A DNA stretch of 38,608 bases from a virus, in the UHGV virus genome UHGV-0017704; one strand, written 5' to 3'. Position numbers and translations under genes: made by a program. The notes beneath the pieces were generated by a model. That model had not been told where the DNA came from, ran no database searches, and saw nothing but the letters and a program-made list of their open reading frames with translations. This document shows, one piece after another, positions 27,739 through 36,332 of the stretch; the first letter of the stretch is position 1; every line of letters begins with the position of its first letter.

Positions 27739-29472
27739 TTGATAGTATTTGATTTTGAAGTTTTTCGATATGATTTTCTTTTTGTATCACTAGACTTGGA
27801 AAGTGAACAATATACCATTATCGGAAACGATAGACAACAAATGATAGATTTTTACGAGCAAAATAAGCAAGATATTTGGATAGGTTATAACTGTAAAAAC
27901 TATGATAAATATATCCTACAGGCTATTATAGAGGGTATTAACCCGAAACTAGTCAACGATTATATTATTGGTGGTGGTAATGGTTGGCAACTGTTCGATA
28001 AGAAACTAGATATAAACTTATATGACTGCATGATTATGGGGAAGAGCCTAAAACAATTAGAGTCTTATTTTGGTGTAGATATTCGGGAAACAGAAATTAA
28101 CTTCAATATTGATAGACCATTGACAGCAAAAGAGCGAGTGTCTAATATCGAATATTGTAAATCTGACGTGTATAATACCGCGTTGGTATTCATGTATAAT
28201 AAACAGGAATTTGAGGCTCAGTTAGGTCTAATCAAATTATCGGGAGGTAGTTTACAAGATTTATCTAAAACCAAAGCTCAATTATCCGCGAAGATATTAG
28301 AGGCTAAACCACTACCCGTAAAAATGTTACGGGAAGAGTGGCAATTTGAGTATAACCAATGTGTAAAGGACTATGACTACAAGCATAAAGATGTATTGAA
28401 ATTTTTCGATAGTCTACGAGAAACTAAAGACCCTAAATCAAAATACGAATGTGAATTGTATGGTGTACCTCATACGTTCGCCCTAGGGGGTTTACATGGT
28501 GCAGTACCTAATTACATTCATACTATTAATGAACGTGAGTACATCGTTCATATTGACGTTGCCTCATATTATCCGCATATTATGACTGAATGGGGCTTCT
28601 TGACTCGTGCTGTTCCGAGTATTCAGAAATTTAAGGATATTATGGAATTACGCTTAAAATACAAAAAAGAAAAGAACCCTTTACAAGCACCGCTTAAAAT
28701 CTGTATTAATGGTTCATACGGACAAAGCGGGGCAGGTAAACAATTAGATGACGGAAGTTATAAGATACTATCCAATATGTTTGACCCTCGCCGTATGCGT
28801 GAGGTGTGTATCAACGGGCAATTAATGTTATTACAATTGATAGAAGATTTAGAACAATTTGATTTGATACAATCTAATACAGACGGGCTAGTATATCGGA
28901 TACCAATAGAACGTATGAACGAGGTTAAATCGATAGTTAAATTATGGGAACGTAGAACCAAAATGACAATGGAATTTGACTATACAACGTTTATTGCTCA
29001 ACGCGATGTTAACAATTATGTCGCTGTGTTTGATAATGGGAAGATAGAACGTAAAGGCGGGGCGGTGAAAGAGTCTAAGCCTTGTGATTATGACTTGCCA
29101 GTAGTTAAGGACGCCGTAGTTGAATACTTCGTACATGGTATTCCAGTAGAGGAATATATCAATAGTATTAATGAGTTAGCTCCTTTTATGAAAACATATA
29201 AGCTCAGAGGTTCGTATTTACGGGCGTTGCATGGTGATGAGGAACAACAAGGAAAAGTATTCCGCGTATTCGCAAGCCGTATCAGAAAAGACGGCTGTCT
29301 ATACAAACAAAAAGACGGTAAGAATAAAGAGAAATTTGCGGGCTGTCCCGAACGTTGCAAGATTGTGAATAGTGATATACGGGAGCTTGCTGTTCCCTCA
29401 TGGTTAGACCGAAATTGGTATATTGAAATGGCTAACAAGGAGATAAGTAAATTTACAAAAAGTAATACATGA
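27739..29472 (+). CDS. Family-B DNA polymerase with 3'-5' exonuclease (compact, 577 aa)
   Basis: Exo I FDFEVF, Exo II YNCKNYDKYIL, Exo III YCKSDVY. Motif A DVASYYPHIM, motif B KICINGSYGQ, motif C NTDGL. TTG start after AGGAGGT. Confidence 0.7.
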   Translation: MIVFDFEVFRYDFLFVSLDLESEQYTIIGNDRQQMIDFYEQNKQDIWIGYNCKNYDKYILQAIIEGINPKLVNDYIIGGGNGWQLFDKKLDINLYDCMIMGKSLKQLESYFGVDIRETEINFNIDRPLTAKERVSNIEYCKSDVYNTALVFMYNKQEFEAQLGLIKLSGGSLQDLSKTKAQLSAKILEAKPLPVKMLREEWQFEYNQCVKDYDYKHKDVLKFFDSLRETKDPKSKYECELYGVPHTFALGGLHGAVPNYIHTINEREYIVHIDVASYYPHIMTEWGFLTRAVPSIQKFKDIMELRLKYKKEKNPLQAPLKICINGSYGQSGAGKQLDDGSYKILSNMFDPRRMREVCINGQLMLLQLIEDLEQFDLIQSNTDGLVYRIPIERMNEVKSIVKLWERRTKMTMEFDYTTFIAQRDVNNYVAVFDNGKIERKGGAVKESKPCDYDLPVVKDAVVEYFVHGIPVEEYINSINELAPFMKTYKLRGSYLRALHGDEEQQGKVFRVFASRIRKDGCLYKQKDGKNKEKFAGCPERCKIVNSDIRELAVPSWLDRNWYIEMANKEISKFTKSNT

Positions 29473-29537
29473 TATGCGTTTTATATATTTGATTTTGTGA
29501 GTACATCGTAGTACAATTAAATCATAGGAGGTACAAA

Positions 29538-29918
29538 GTGACTAGACGAGTTAAAACTATTAACTATTATACTAACGAAACTATTAAAGAATATGCTAAT
29601 GCACAATATGCGTCAATGGATACAGGGGACAGCGTTCCCCGTATCTTGAACCAATGTAACAGACGAGGAGGAACACAAGCACCACAACAAGATTATTATT
29701 ATCGTTGGTCAGATGATACACCAACACCACATAAGATTGTACAGATTTACGATTTAGATTTTGAATTAATTGGTGAGTACATCAGCATTCAAGAGGCGTA
29801 TAAAGCTACGTCAATCAGACGCGAAAGTATCTATAAACAGCTAGACAATAAGTTACCGCTTAAAGAGCGGAAGAGTCCTAGCTCGGGTTTATATTTCAAA
29901 TGGCGGTGTGTGGAATGA
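29538..29918 (+). CDS. NUMOD1-like DNA-binding protein (homing-endonuclease accessory domain)
   Basis: IVQIYDLDFELIGEYISIQEAYKATSIRRESIYKQL matches the HTH domain of homing endonucleases. GTG start. Confidence 0.4.
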   Translation: MTRRVKTINYYTNETIKEYANAQYASMDTGDSVPRILNQCNRRGGTQAPQQDYYYRWSDDTPTPHKIVQIYDLDFELIGEYISIQEAYKATSIRRESIYKQLDNKLPLKERKSPSSGLYFKWRCVE

Positions 29919-30135
29919 GTAAAAAAATTAAACTTAATCGGTAACCAATTCGGGAAATTAACTGTTATTAAATATGCAGGGACTAAAAATAATAGAACAG
30001 CGTGGTTATAAAGATAACTTAACAATTGACAGAATTAACAATGACGGAAACTACGAACCTAGTAATTGCCGTTGGACTACCATGAAACAACAAGCGAGAA
30101 ACAAGAGAAATATTACGAGAAAAGAGGTATTATAA
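29917..30135 (+). pseudogene. Decayed HNH-like homing endonuclease (internal deletion and stops)
   Basis: MSKKIKLNR* then [22 protein letters not shown] then [31 protein letters not shown]. The N- and C-terminal family motifs are present, but the middle is missing. Confidence 0.55.
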
Positions 30136-30137
30136 AA

Positions 30138-30299
30138 GTGCAGTATATAAAAGATTGTTTATCAAGAAATATGAGTTTAAGAGATATTGAGAAAAAGTAT
30201 CATGTTACTGATGTATTAGGTGAGTATAGAAAACATAAACAAATGTACTCACAAGAATGTATTGACCGCATTATGGAGGAGGTTTACTATGACGCTTAA
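30138..30299 (+). CDS. Small hypothetical protein (possible HTH)
   Basis: GTG after AAGAGGT. Same frame as listed ORF 30066..30299. Confidence 0.3.
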   Translation: MQYIKDCLSRNMSLRDIEKKYHVTDVLGEYRKHKQMYSQECIDRIMEEVYYDA

Positions 30300-30540
30300 A
30301 GAATGTATTGACAGCTTATACGAACTGGAAGCAATTTGGGAAAGTGGTAATCAAAACAGCTTGCATTTTTGCCGTTACATGGGGCAAGCCCTAGAGGAAT
30401 TATCTTGGGAGTTTATCATGCAAGATGACGATATTCCCGCCGATATTGAACAGTTATATAATATGTTAGAAGATGACGTTTTTGATTGTTACAAACATGC
30501 TAGGGAGGAGTTTAACAATGTGGCTAGAAGTAACGGATGA
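30289..30540 (+). CDS. Small acidic protein
   Basis: ATG at 30289. Many Asp/Glu residues. Confidence 0.4.
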   Translation: MTLKECIDSLYELEAIWESGNQNSLHFCRYMGQALEELSWEFIMQDDDIPADIEQLYNMLEDDVFDCYKHAREEFNNVARSNG

Positions 30541-30829
30541 TGATAAAATTATTTACGGGTTATATGCGGGTGAACTACTACCAAACGTGGATATGTTAGA
30601 CGGCGTACGAATTACTTGTGATAACGAAGTAGGCTTTCAAGACCAAACTGATATACTCGTAACGCTTAACTCTATCCATAATAGACGCCTACGCGTTTGT
30701 TTGGAAACTGATATTCCATTCAAGGACTTGACGCCAATTGTACGCCATTATATTGACAATTATTATAATACCAATACAAATGAATGTAAAGAAAAAAGCG
30801 AGGTATGGACAAATGTTCTCAGTGAGTAG
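30518..30829 (+). CDS. Hypothetical protein
   Basis: ATG after GGGAGGAG. Confidence 0.4.
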   Translation: MWLEVTDDDKIIYGLYAGELLPNVDMLDGVRITCDNEVGFQDQTDILVTLNSIHNRRLRVCLETDIPFKDLTPIVRHYIDNYYNTNTNECKEKSEVWTNVLSE

Positions 30830-31151
30830 CAATATGCGAATAGGTCATAGAGTGGAAAAGGCGTATGATATTAATAACCCGCCTTTTACTCTTATGAGGG
30901 TACCAAAGGTTGACAATGGTCTATTAATCGAAACAGATTGCGATAACATTATTGTGAGTACAGATACAAGATTATTAACCGCCCGTGGTATTTGGAAGCA
31001 AGCTGACAAATTACAGCAAGGTGAGTTACTTAAAACAGTATCTTGTAATGCTAAAATCACAAGGCTTATATCATGTAGACAACCAATTGAAATGTTCTAT
31101 GCTTGTAATAGTGATAGATTTTGTGTTAACGGGTTTTTTATTGACGGATAA
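30813..31151 (+). CDS. Hypothetical protein, possible Hint-like N-terminal region
   Basis: CDNIIVSTDTRLLTARGIWKQADKLQQGELLKT resembles a Hint-domain N-terminus. Weak. Confidence 0.3.
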   Translation: MFSVSSNMRIGHRVEKAYDINNPPFTLMRVPKVDNGLLIETDCDNIIVSTDTRLLTARGIWKQADKLQQGELLKTVSCNAKITRLISCRQPIEMFYACNSDRFCVNGFFIDG

Positions 31152-31191
31152 CAAATAAAATGGTATAATAAGGTGTAAAGGAGGTGATATA

Positions 31192-31815
31192 ATGGGACAT
31201 TGTACATGCGGTTGTCATTGCTGTTCCGATAATGCGGAGCGTATCGTTATTGATGTGAGCGCTTGGCAAGAGGGCATTAACATGAGTCAAGTAAAAGCTG
31301 AGGGCGTATACGGAGTTATCATAAAGCTAGGTGAAAACTACCGAGAAACAGAAACAGCAAGAACACAAATTTTTGAGGCGTTAGACGCGGGCTTAAAAGT
31401 TGGTGTGTATTATTACAGTCATGCGATGAGTGTTGAAGAGGCTAAATCTGAGGGTGAATGGTTTAATAGTAAACTAGCTGAAATTGGTTTGGTTGACTAT
31501 CATCTACAATTAGGAGCATGGTTCGATTGTGAACATAGACCATTCTTGGACAACGCTAATATGCAAGAAGTAACTGACGCAATTATGGCGTTTATCCGTG
31601 AAATTAAAAATATTCATTGCGTAGGCGTGTATGGTAGCTATTCCATGTTATGGGATGAAACATATATGTTATCACAACACGCGGATATTCCAGTATGGTC
31701 GGCTCAATATAACGATACAGACGATTATGCACCATATCATAATAAGATGTGGCAATTTACTGATAGTTATGATTGTGCTGGCTTTAAGGTTGACGCCAAT
31801 AAATTATATTATTAA
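31192..31815 (+). CDS. Endolysin, GH25 muramidase catalytic domain only, with Cys-rich N-terminus
   Basis: IDVSAWQEGI..GVIIKLGEN..YYYSHA..end WQFTDS..KVDANKLY are GH25 hallmarks. N-terminus MGHCTCGCHCCS. Confidence 0.75.
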   Translation: MGHCTCGCHCCSDNAERIVIDVSAWQEGINMSQVKAEGVYGVIIKLGENYRETETARTQIFEALDAGLKVGVYYYSHAMSVEEAKSEGEWFNSKLAEIGLVDYHLQLGAWFDCEHRPFLDNANMQEVTDAIMAFIREIKNIHCVGVYGSYSMLWDETYMLSQHADIPVWSAQYNDTDDYAPYHNKMWQFTDSYDCAGFKVDANKLYY

Positions 31816-31830
31816 GGAGGTGACTTATTA

Positions 31831-32034
31831 ATGTGGGTTAAAATTCGTACTATTTTAGTAGCGGTGCTTCTTAATGAAGTAACGTTGAAAGCGTTGGCAA
31901 GCGGTGCGGGCTTGAAAGATGAACAAGCCGACGCTGTGAGCGGTGCTATCATGGACGTAAAAGCATTTATTGATACCAAAGATAAACGCTACATTAATCA
32001 AGCTATTGATAAAATGCAAACGCTTATCAAATAG
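31831..32034 (+). CDS. Small protein with one TM helix
   Basis: RBS AGGAGGTG. Lies between the lysin and holin genes. Confidence 0.4.
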   Translation: MWVKIRTILVAVLLNEVTLKALASGAGLKDEQADAVSGAIMDVKAFIDTKDKRYINQAIDKMQTLIK

Positions 32035-32086
32035 CGTGGAGGTGGTCTAACTATCTCGGTTGTGATATTCCGTTAACATATCATAT

Positions 32087-32114
32087 AGCGGGGTTCATCC
32101 CCGCTATTTTATTA
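32087..32114 (+). terminator. Terminator hairpin
   Basis: AGCGGGGTTCATCCCCGCT followed by ATTTTATT. Confidence 0.55.
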
Positions 32115-32128
32115 TAAGGAGTGAATTT

Positions 32129-32545
32129 ATGAACCATGGAGAGGTTTGTCAAGTTGGGATAAGCGTACTAATATCATTCTTGAGTTACTGCTTTGGTGTG
32201 GTTACGCCAGTGCTTGAAATGCTATTGTGGTGTATTACCCTTGACATTTTTATTGGAGTATTAGCCTCATTCGTTAACCCGAGATTATATTTTAACAGTC
32301 GGAAAATGTTTAAAGGAATTGTAAAAAAGATTGTGCTGTTGTCTATTGTTGCATTTAGTAAACACTTAGACATTATGATGAATACAGACATCATCTATAC
32401 TACTACATGTTATTTCTTTATAATTAATGAGGGTTTGAGCTGTTTAGAAAACGCGGGAAAGTGTGGCTTGAAATTACCAAAGATTATAGAAAACAGCTTA
32501 GACCAATTGAAAGGACTGACAAATAATGAGAATGAGAATCGTTAA
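32129..32545 (+). CDS. Holin (phage_holin_4_1 / phi-LC3 / TcdE-like family)
   Basis: LDIFIGVL..KGIVKKIVLLSIV..FIINEGLSCLENAGKCGLKLPK matches the family core. Three TM segments. Confidence 0.75.
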   Translation: MNHGEVCQVGISVLISFLSYCFGVVTPVLEMLLWCITLDIFIGVLASFVNPRLYFNSRKMFKGIVKKIVLLSIVAFSKHLDIMMNTDIIYTTTCYFFIINEGLSCLENAGKCGLKLPKIIENSLDQLKGLTNNENENR

Positions 32546-32687
32546 AAATATATTAGCGTTTTTAGGTTTTGTGTTCACAATGTATTGTATTGTAGCATTA
32601 CCTCATATGGTAAAATGGCTAGTGAGTATGTATGTATTATATTTAGTTGCTATCTGGTTAGGAGCACCGCATAACGATGAGCCGTAA
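32526..32687 (+). CDS. Small membrane protein (53 aa)
   Basis: Two TM segments. Overlaps the holin gene end. Confidence 0.3.
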   Translation: MRMRIVKNILAFLGFVFTMYCIVALPHMVKWLVSMYVLYLVAIWLGAPHNDEP

Positions 32688-33048
32688 AATTATTTGCCCT
32701 AGATGTGGCAAAATTACAGAAGTTGGACATGATTGCCCGAATAAATATAAGGATACACGCAAAAAAGAACAGTTACAGGGGAGCCGTTGGCAACGTATCC
32801 GCGACGAGGTTCGTAGGCGTGACGGATGTTGTGTGTTGTGTTGGTTGAATGGTGAGTACAGCAAGGGAAACCACGTTCACCATATCATTGAGCGTCAAAC
32901 AGACAGTTCAGACGATAACGTGTATAATGTTAATAAATGTGTATTCTTATGTGAGGACTGTCATCACAAAGTACACCAAACACAATCAGAATGGACTAAA
33001 TATATTGATGTGTTCACAAAATACGTAGAAGCAAGGAAACATGAATAA
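32677..33048 (+). CDS. HNH endonuclease (classical Zn-finger HNH)
   Basis: CPRCG..GCCVLCW..HVHHI..N..LCEDCHHKVH. Confidence 0.7.
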   Translation: MSRKIICPRCGKITEVGHDCPNKYKDTRKKEQLQGSRWQRIRDEVRRRDGCCVLCWLNGEYSKGNHVHHIIERQTDSSDDNVYNVNKCVFLCEDCHHKVHQTQSEWTKYIDVFTKYVEARKHE

Positions 33049-33289
33049 TTTTAGACAAAGCTATGCATGGAAACGAAAACGCTCGGAGATAAAAGAATTA
33101 TATAATGGCAAGTGTGCCGTGTGTGGCAGTACTGAGAAGTGCGAAGCTCATCATATAATCTCATTATCGGTATTGCCACAATTACGACTGGACAATGATA
33201 ACTTGATACTGCTTTGTAGCCACTGTCACAAATTGGTGCACAACGGCTTAATATCATCGACAAACTTAATGCATAAAGTAAAGAGGTAA
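33041..33289 (+). CDS. HNH endonuclease (second, adjacent)
   Basis: CAVCGS..AHHIISL..DNLILLCSHCHKLVH. Confidence 0.65.
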   Translation: MNNFRQSYAWKRKRSEIKELYNGKCAVCGSTEKCEAHHIISLSVLPQLRLDNDNLILLCSHCHKLVHNGLISSTNLMHKVKR

Positions 33290-33320
33290 GGTCATTATGA
33301 CCTTGCCTCATTTTTATTAT
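33278..33320 (+). terminator. Terminator
   Basis: AAGGTCATTATGACCTT followed by GCCTCATTTTTATT. Confidence 0.5.
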
Positions 33321-33333
33321 GCGTTTTAAGTAT

Positions 33334-33362
33334 TAGACATATTATATAGGGTGTGTTATTAT
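33334..33362 (+). promoter_or_regulatory. Early-type promoter AAGTATTAGACA-17-TATTATAAT
   Basis: Belongs to the shared promoter family. Confidence 0.5.
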
Positions 33363-33400
33363 AATAGTGAAGAGGGAACAAGATAATATGGAGGTACAAA

Positions 33401-33604
33401 ATGATTAACAAAAAACTTAAACACTATGAAGCAACTTGGAACGGCGTTATTATTAATGAGTTTGATAACTATAGTCAATTCTTTAATTGGCTTATGAAAG
33501 TTGATTGTTGGGGCGTGCGTGACTTTGGTGGTGATACTGGTATTATATTAGTAGAACCAATTAATAAAGCATACTTGCAAAAATTGAATATCATAAATGA
33601 CTAA
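33401..33604 (+). CDS. Hypothetical protein
   Basis: 67-aa ORF after a promoter. Confidence 0.4.
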   Translation: MINKKLKHYEATWNGVIINEFDNYSQFFNWLMKVDCWGVRDFGGDTGIILVEPINKAYLQKLNIIND

Positions 33605-33611
33605 TAAGTAT

Positions 33612-33640
33612 TAGACAAGTTTTACAAGATGATGTATGCA
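33612..33640 (+). promoter_or_regulatory. Early-type promoter
   Basis: AAGTATTAGACAAGTTTTACAAGATGATGTAT, a 32-mer identical to the one at 33807. Confidence 0.45.
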
Positions 33641-33654
33641 AGGAGGCTACTAAT

Positions 33655-33783
33655 ATGAAAAGTTTAACATTGATTTTAGCATTGACATTACCTATCATAT
33701 GGGGACTTGATTTGACAATCTGTAACGTCTTTATTGCTGTTGCACTTTGGGGTGTTGAGGTGGCTAAATGGTTGAATGATTAA
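33655..33783 (+). CDS. Small hydrophobic protein (42 aa)
   Basis: RBS AAGGAGG then ATG. Two hydrophobic segments. Confidence 0.35.
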   Translation: MKSLTLILALTLPIIWGLDLTICNVFIAVALWGVEVAKWLND

Positions 33784-33812
33784 AAGTTATAGTAATTATG
33801 TAATTTAAGTAT

Positions 33813-33841
33813 TAGACAAGTTTTACAAGATGATGTATTAT
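33813..33841 (+). promoter_or_regulatory. Early-type promoter
   Basis: TAGACA-17-TATTATAAT. Confidence 0.5.
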
Positions 33842-33885
33842 AATTATAGACGCTGAGTTAAGTTATTACATGGAGGTAATTAAAA

Positions 33886-34320
33886 ATGAAAAACGTAAAA
33901 ACATTAACAGCAACAATTCTTATCGGTATGGGTTTATTAATGGGTGGTTGTGGTAGTAACCAACAAACAGCAATGCAAGCTCAGACAACAACACAAACTC
34001 AAACAGTACAACAAACTGAGGGAATTAGCCTAGCAAAAGCCCTTGACCTAGCTAAAAAAGGACAATTCACACCGCAAAAAGTAAAATTCGAAGCGATGAT
34101 TACGGACAAGGTATTTGGCGATGAACCCGAAATTATTGTTCAACATTGGATAAAAATGGGTGATTTGCATAAACCTGTTAACATTCATATTACAGACCCT
34201 CAAATTATCAAAAATGTAGCTAAAATGCAAGAAGAGCGTAAAAATAATTATGTACAGGGTACTGGAACAATTGACGCAACTGAAATTATTTTCAATCAAT
34301 GGAGCGTAGAGGTGAAATAA
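33886..34320 (+). CDS. Lipoprotein (signal peptide plus lipobox LLMGGC), candidate superinfection-exclusion protein
   Basis: MKNVKTLTATILIGMGLLMGGCGS, then a Q/T-rich linker and a globular domain. Confidence 0.6.
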   Translation: MKNVKTLTATILIGMGLLMGGCGSNQQTAMQAQTTTQTQTVQQTEGISLAKALDLAKKGQFTPQKVKFEAMITDKVFGDEPEIIVQHWIKMGDLHKPVNIHITDPQIIKNVAKMQEERKNNYVQGTGTIDATEIIFNQWSVEVK

Positions 34321-34422
34321 TGAGAAAACAACAACTAAGGAAAATTGCTAAATGCAAAAACTATTATGTATCTGATAGGGCGTATGTAGCAATTTTGTAT
34401 ATCGCATGGAGGAAATACTGTA

Positions 34423-34989
34423 ATGAAAAAAATCGTATGTACTAACAATGAGGACTTTTATAACTATCTACAAAATAAAGGCTGTAAAGCTGTTATGTAT
34501 TATCGACCAATTGACGGGCTTTTGAATATTTGGTTCCCGTGTACTCACAATATCACGATATGCGGTAACCGATATAACCAACAACGGATAGAGTCGGGAG
34601 AAATGAAACGGGAATTTGAGGAGCTTAAAAAGCTAGTAGAAACACCTAATACAATTGTCATCACACCAGTTACATTGTTTAATGGCTGTCTACATAACCA
34701 AATCTACCCCGAAAGCATGAGCAACGTACGCCGTCAACGTATTCATACGGCGTCACTAGGTGAGCTAGTATATCCTCACTGGGTGCATATCTACGGGGCG
34801 AAACTGGAACCACTACCACCAATTGAGATAAAACAAGAGTACGTTTATTATGGTGACGGAAAACGCCAACAAGATTTATATTGGAATGTATTCTATAACA
34901 AGTGTTCCAAAGAGGAACGCCGTAAAAAACGTCATATTCCCGAGTATGCTTTATTTAGTCAATTATATAAACAGGTGATTAACAAATGA
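34423..34989 (+). CDS. Hypothetical protein (188 aa)
   Basis: ORF after GGAGG. No recognisable motifs. Confidence 0.5.
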   Translation: MKKIVCTNNEDFYNYLQNKGCKAVMYYRPIDGLLNIWFPCTHNITICGNRYNQQRIESGEMKREFEELKKLVETPNTIVITPVTLFNGCLHNQIYPESMSNVRRQRIHTASLGELVYPHWVHIYGAKLEPLPPIEIKQEYVYYGDGKRQQDLYWNVFYNKCSKEERRKKRHIPEYALFSQLYKQVINK

Positions 34990-35122
34990 AACGATTAGAA
35001 CCAAATCAAGTAGTAATGATTGAGGCTTTATATTATGACTATGAAATATATCGATGAATTATGTGAGTACAATTTCAAACAAGGTATGACTTTAACGAAT
35101 ACCAATAATGATAATTAAGTAT

Positions 35123-35151
35123 TAGACAAATTACAGTATATCCTGTATTAT
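35123..35151 (+). promoter_or_regulatory. Early-type promoter
   Basis: AAGTATTAGACA-17-TATTATAATAAG. Confidence 0.5.
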
Positions 35152-35204
35152 AATAAGTGAGGAGAGGTAATGAACCTCAGTTATTATAAAGGAGATACGA
35201 AAAT

Positions 35205-35367
35205 GATTAGAACTACAAAACAATTACAAGCACAATTAAAAGACGGCTACACAATCAAGAATTATGGTTACAAAGTAACAGGAACAGAAACTTGTATCGT
35301 TAGCCCTACAGGTAGAAAAAGTAGCTTGGAAAGTTGGTACAGTGGCAAGCCTAGTGAAACAAGCTGA
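35205..35367 (+). CDS. Small hypothetical protein
   Basis: ATG after AAGGAGATACGAAA, the same 17-mer RBS context as the ORF at 35695. The ORF track lists 35170. Confidence 0.35.
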
Positions 35368-35399
35368 GAAATTAGGTTTATTAAAATAGGAGGTATAAA

Positions 35400-35465
35400 A
35401 TGGCGTTATTAGTAATTATAGTAATTATGGTTTTAGGCTATTTCTGCCTTAAGGACGGCGTATAA
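35400..35465 (+). CDS. Tiny hydrophobic peptide (21 aa)
   Basis: AATAGGAGGT then ATG. MALLVIIVIMVLGYFCLKDGV. Confidence 0.3.
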   Translation: MALLVIIVIMVLGYFCLKDGV

Positions 35466-35574
35466 TGTGGCGGGCTAGGGTAAGAACGCGCAAGATGAAA
35501 CTTATTGCATGTGGTGTGAGTACAATATACGTTATAGAAATGTTAACATGTATTTATTTAGGAGGTTGACAATT

Positions 35575-35682
35575 ATGGAACAATTTATTGAAGCATTACC
35601 TGCGTTTGGAATTTGTTTAGGTTTATGGGTTATCGGGTTTATGTTACTAGACCCTAAAGCGTGGTTACGATTGTTTAAATAA
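35575..35682 (+). CDS. Tiny hydrophobic peptide (35 aa)
   Basis: TTAGGAGGT then ATG. One TM helix. Confidence 0.3.
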   Translation: MEQFIEALPAFGICLGLWVIGFMLLDPKAWLRLFK

Positions 35683-35694
35683 GGAGATACGAAA

Positions 35695-35778
35695 ATGAAA
35701 AACGATAAAGTGCAAGCTATGATTATTGGTGTATGCTGTTACCTAGCAATGGCGTTAATTACATGGGCGTTATATTAG
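35695..35778 (+). CDS. Tiny hydrophobic peptide (27 aa)
   Basis: AAGGAGAT then ATG. MKNDKVQAMIIGVCCYLAMALITWALY. Confidence 0.3.
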   Translation: MKNDKVQAMIIGVCCYLAMALITWALY

Positions 35779-35786
35779 GAGGTTAT

Positions 35787-36332
35787 ATGTTTAAGACAGG
35801 TGATTTAGTATGCGATAAACGGCGTACCATAGTAGGCGTTATTGGTGAGATTAAGCACCAAAGGGCAACAATTACAGTATTATGGAATAAGCCTCCCGAG
35901 GCTCAAGGCTGTAAAATAGTTATATTGCATTGCGATAACATTGAGCTATTACCACAGGGAACACGGGTTACTAAGCATTTTAAAGGCGGTATAACAGATA
36001 CTATCTTATATAACTATTATGATAGTAGCACGGGTTTAATTAAAGATGTTACTGGTAATAATTTTACAGCATGGAACCTAGACGGGACTTGTGATTTGGA
36101 ATTTGAATTTGTTGACGATGTGAGTACAAAGAATAACAAACAATATACAACGCTTGATATTGAACCATGGGACATTATGCAAGCAGATTTCACACGAGAA
36201 GAGTTTGTCGGGTTTTTGAAAGGAAATATCATTAAATATTGTTTGAGAAAAAAGGGTTCTGATTTACAAGATTTTGAAAAAATTGAACATTATGCTAAGA
36301 AGTTACAAGAGGTTTTAAAGAATGAAAATTAA
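35787..36332 (+). CDS. Protein with a C-terminal DUF3310-like domain
   Basis: C-terminus YTTLDIEPWDIMQ..FVGFLKGNIIKYCLRKKG..EHYAKKL. Confidence 0.5.
   Translation: MFKTGDLVCDKRRTIVGVIGEIKHQRATITVLWNKPPEAQGCKIVILHCDNIELLPQGTRVTKHFKGGITDTILYNYYDSSTGLIKDVTGNNFTAWNLDGTCDLEFEFVDDVSTKNNKQYTTLDIEPWDIMQADFTREEFVGFLKGNIIKYCLRKKGSDLQDFEKIEHYAKKLQEVLKNEN

Noticed and set aside
31631-31831. ORF 31631..31831 inside the lysin gene in another frame.
   Set aside because: It is fully embedded in the GH25 coding sequence and has no start signals.
27396-35070. 20-nt identity TCGATGAATTATGTGAGTAC at 27396 and 35044.
   Set aside because: It is probably a by-product of the over-represented GTGAGTAC motif plus a shared DELCEY codon choice. 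It is too short to call a duplication.
428-36232. All minus-strand ORFs in the track (60-142 aa).
   Set aside because: Each lies entirely inside a well-supported + strand gene. They lack RBSs and show low-complexity or odd composition, so I take them as chance ORFs in AT-rich DNA.
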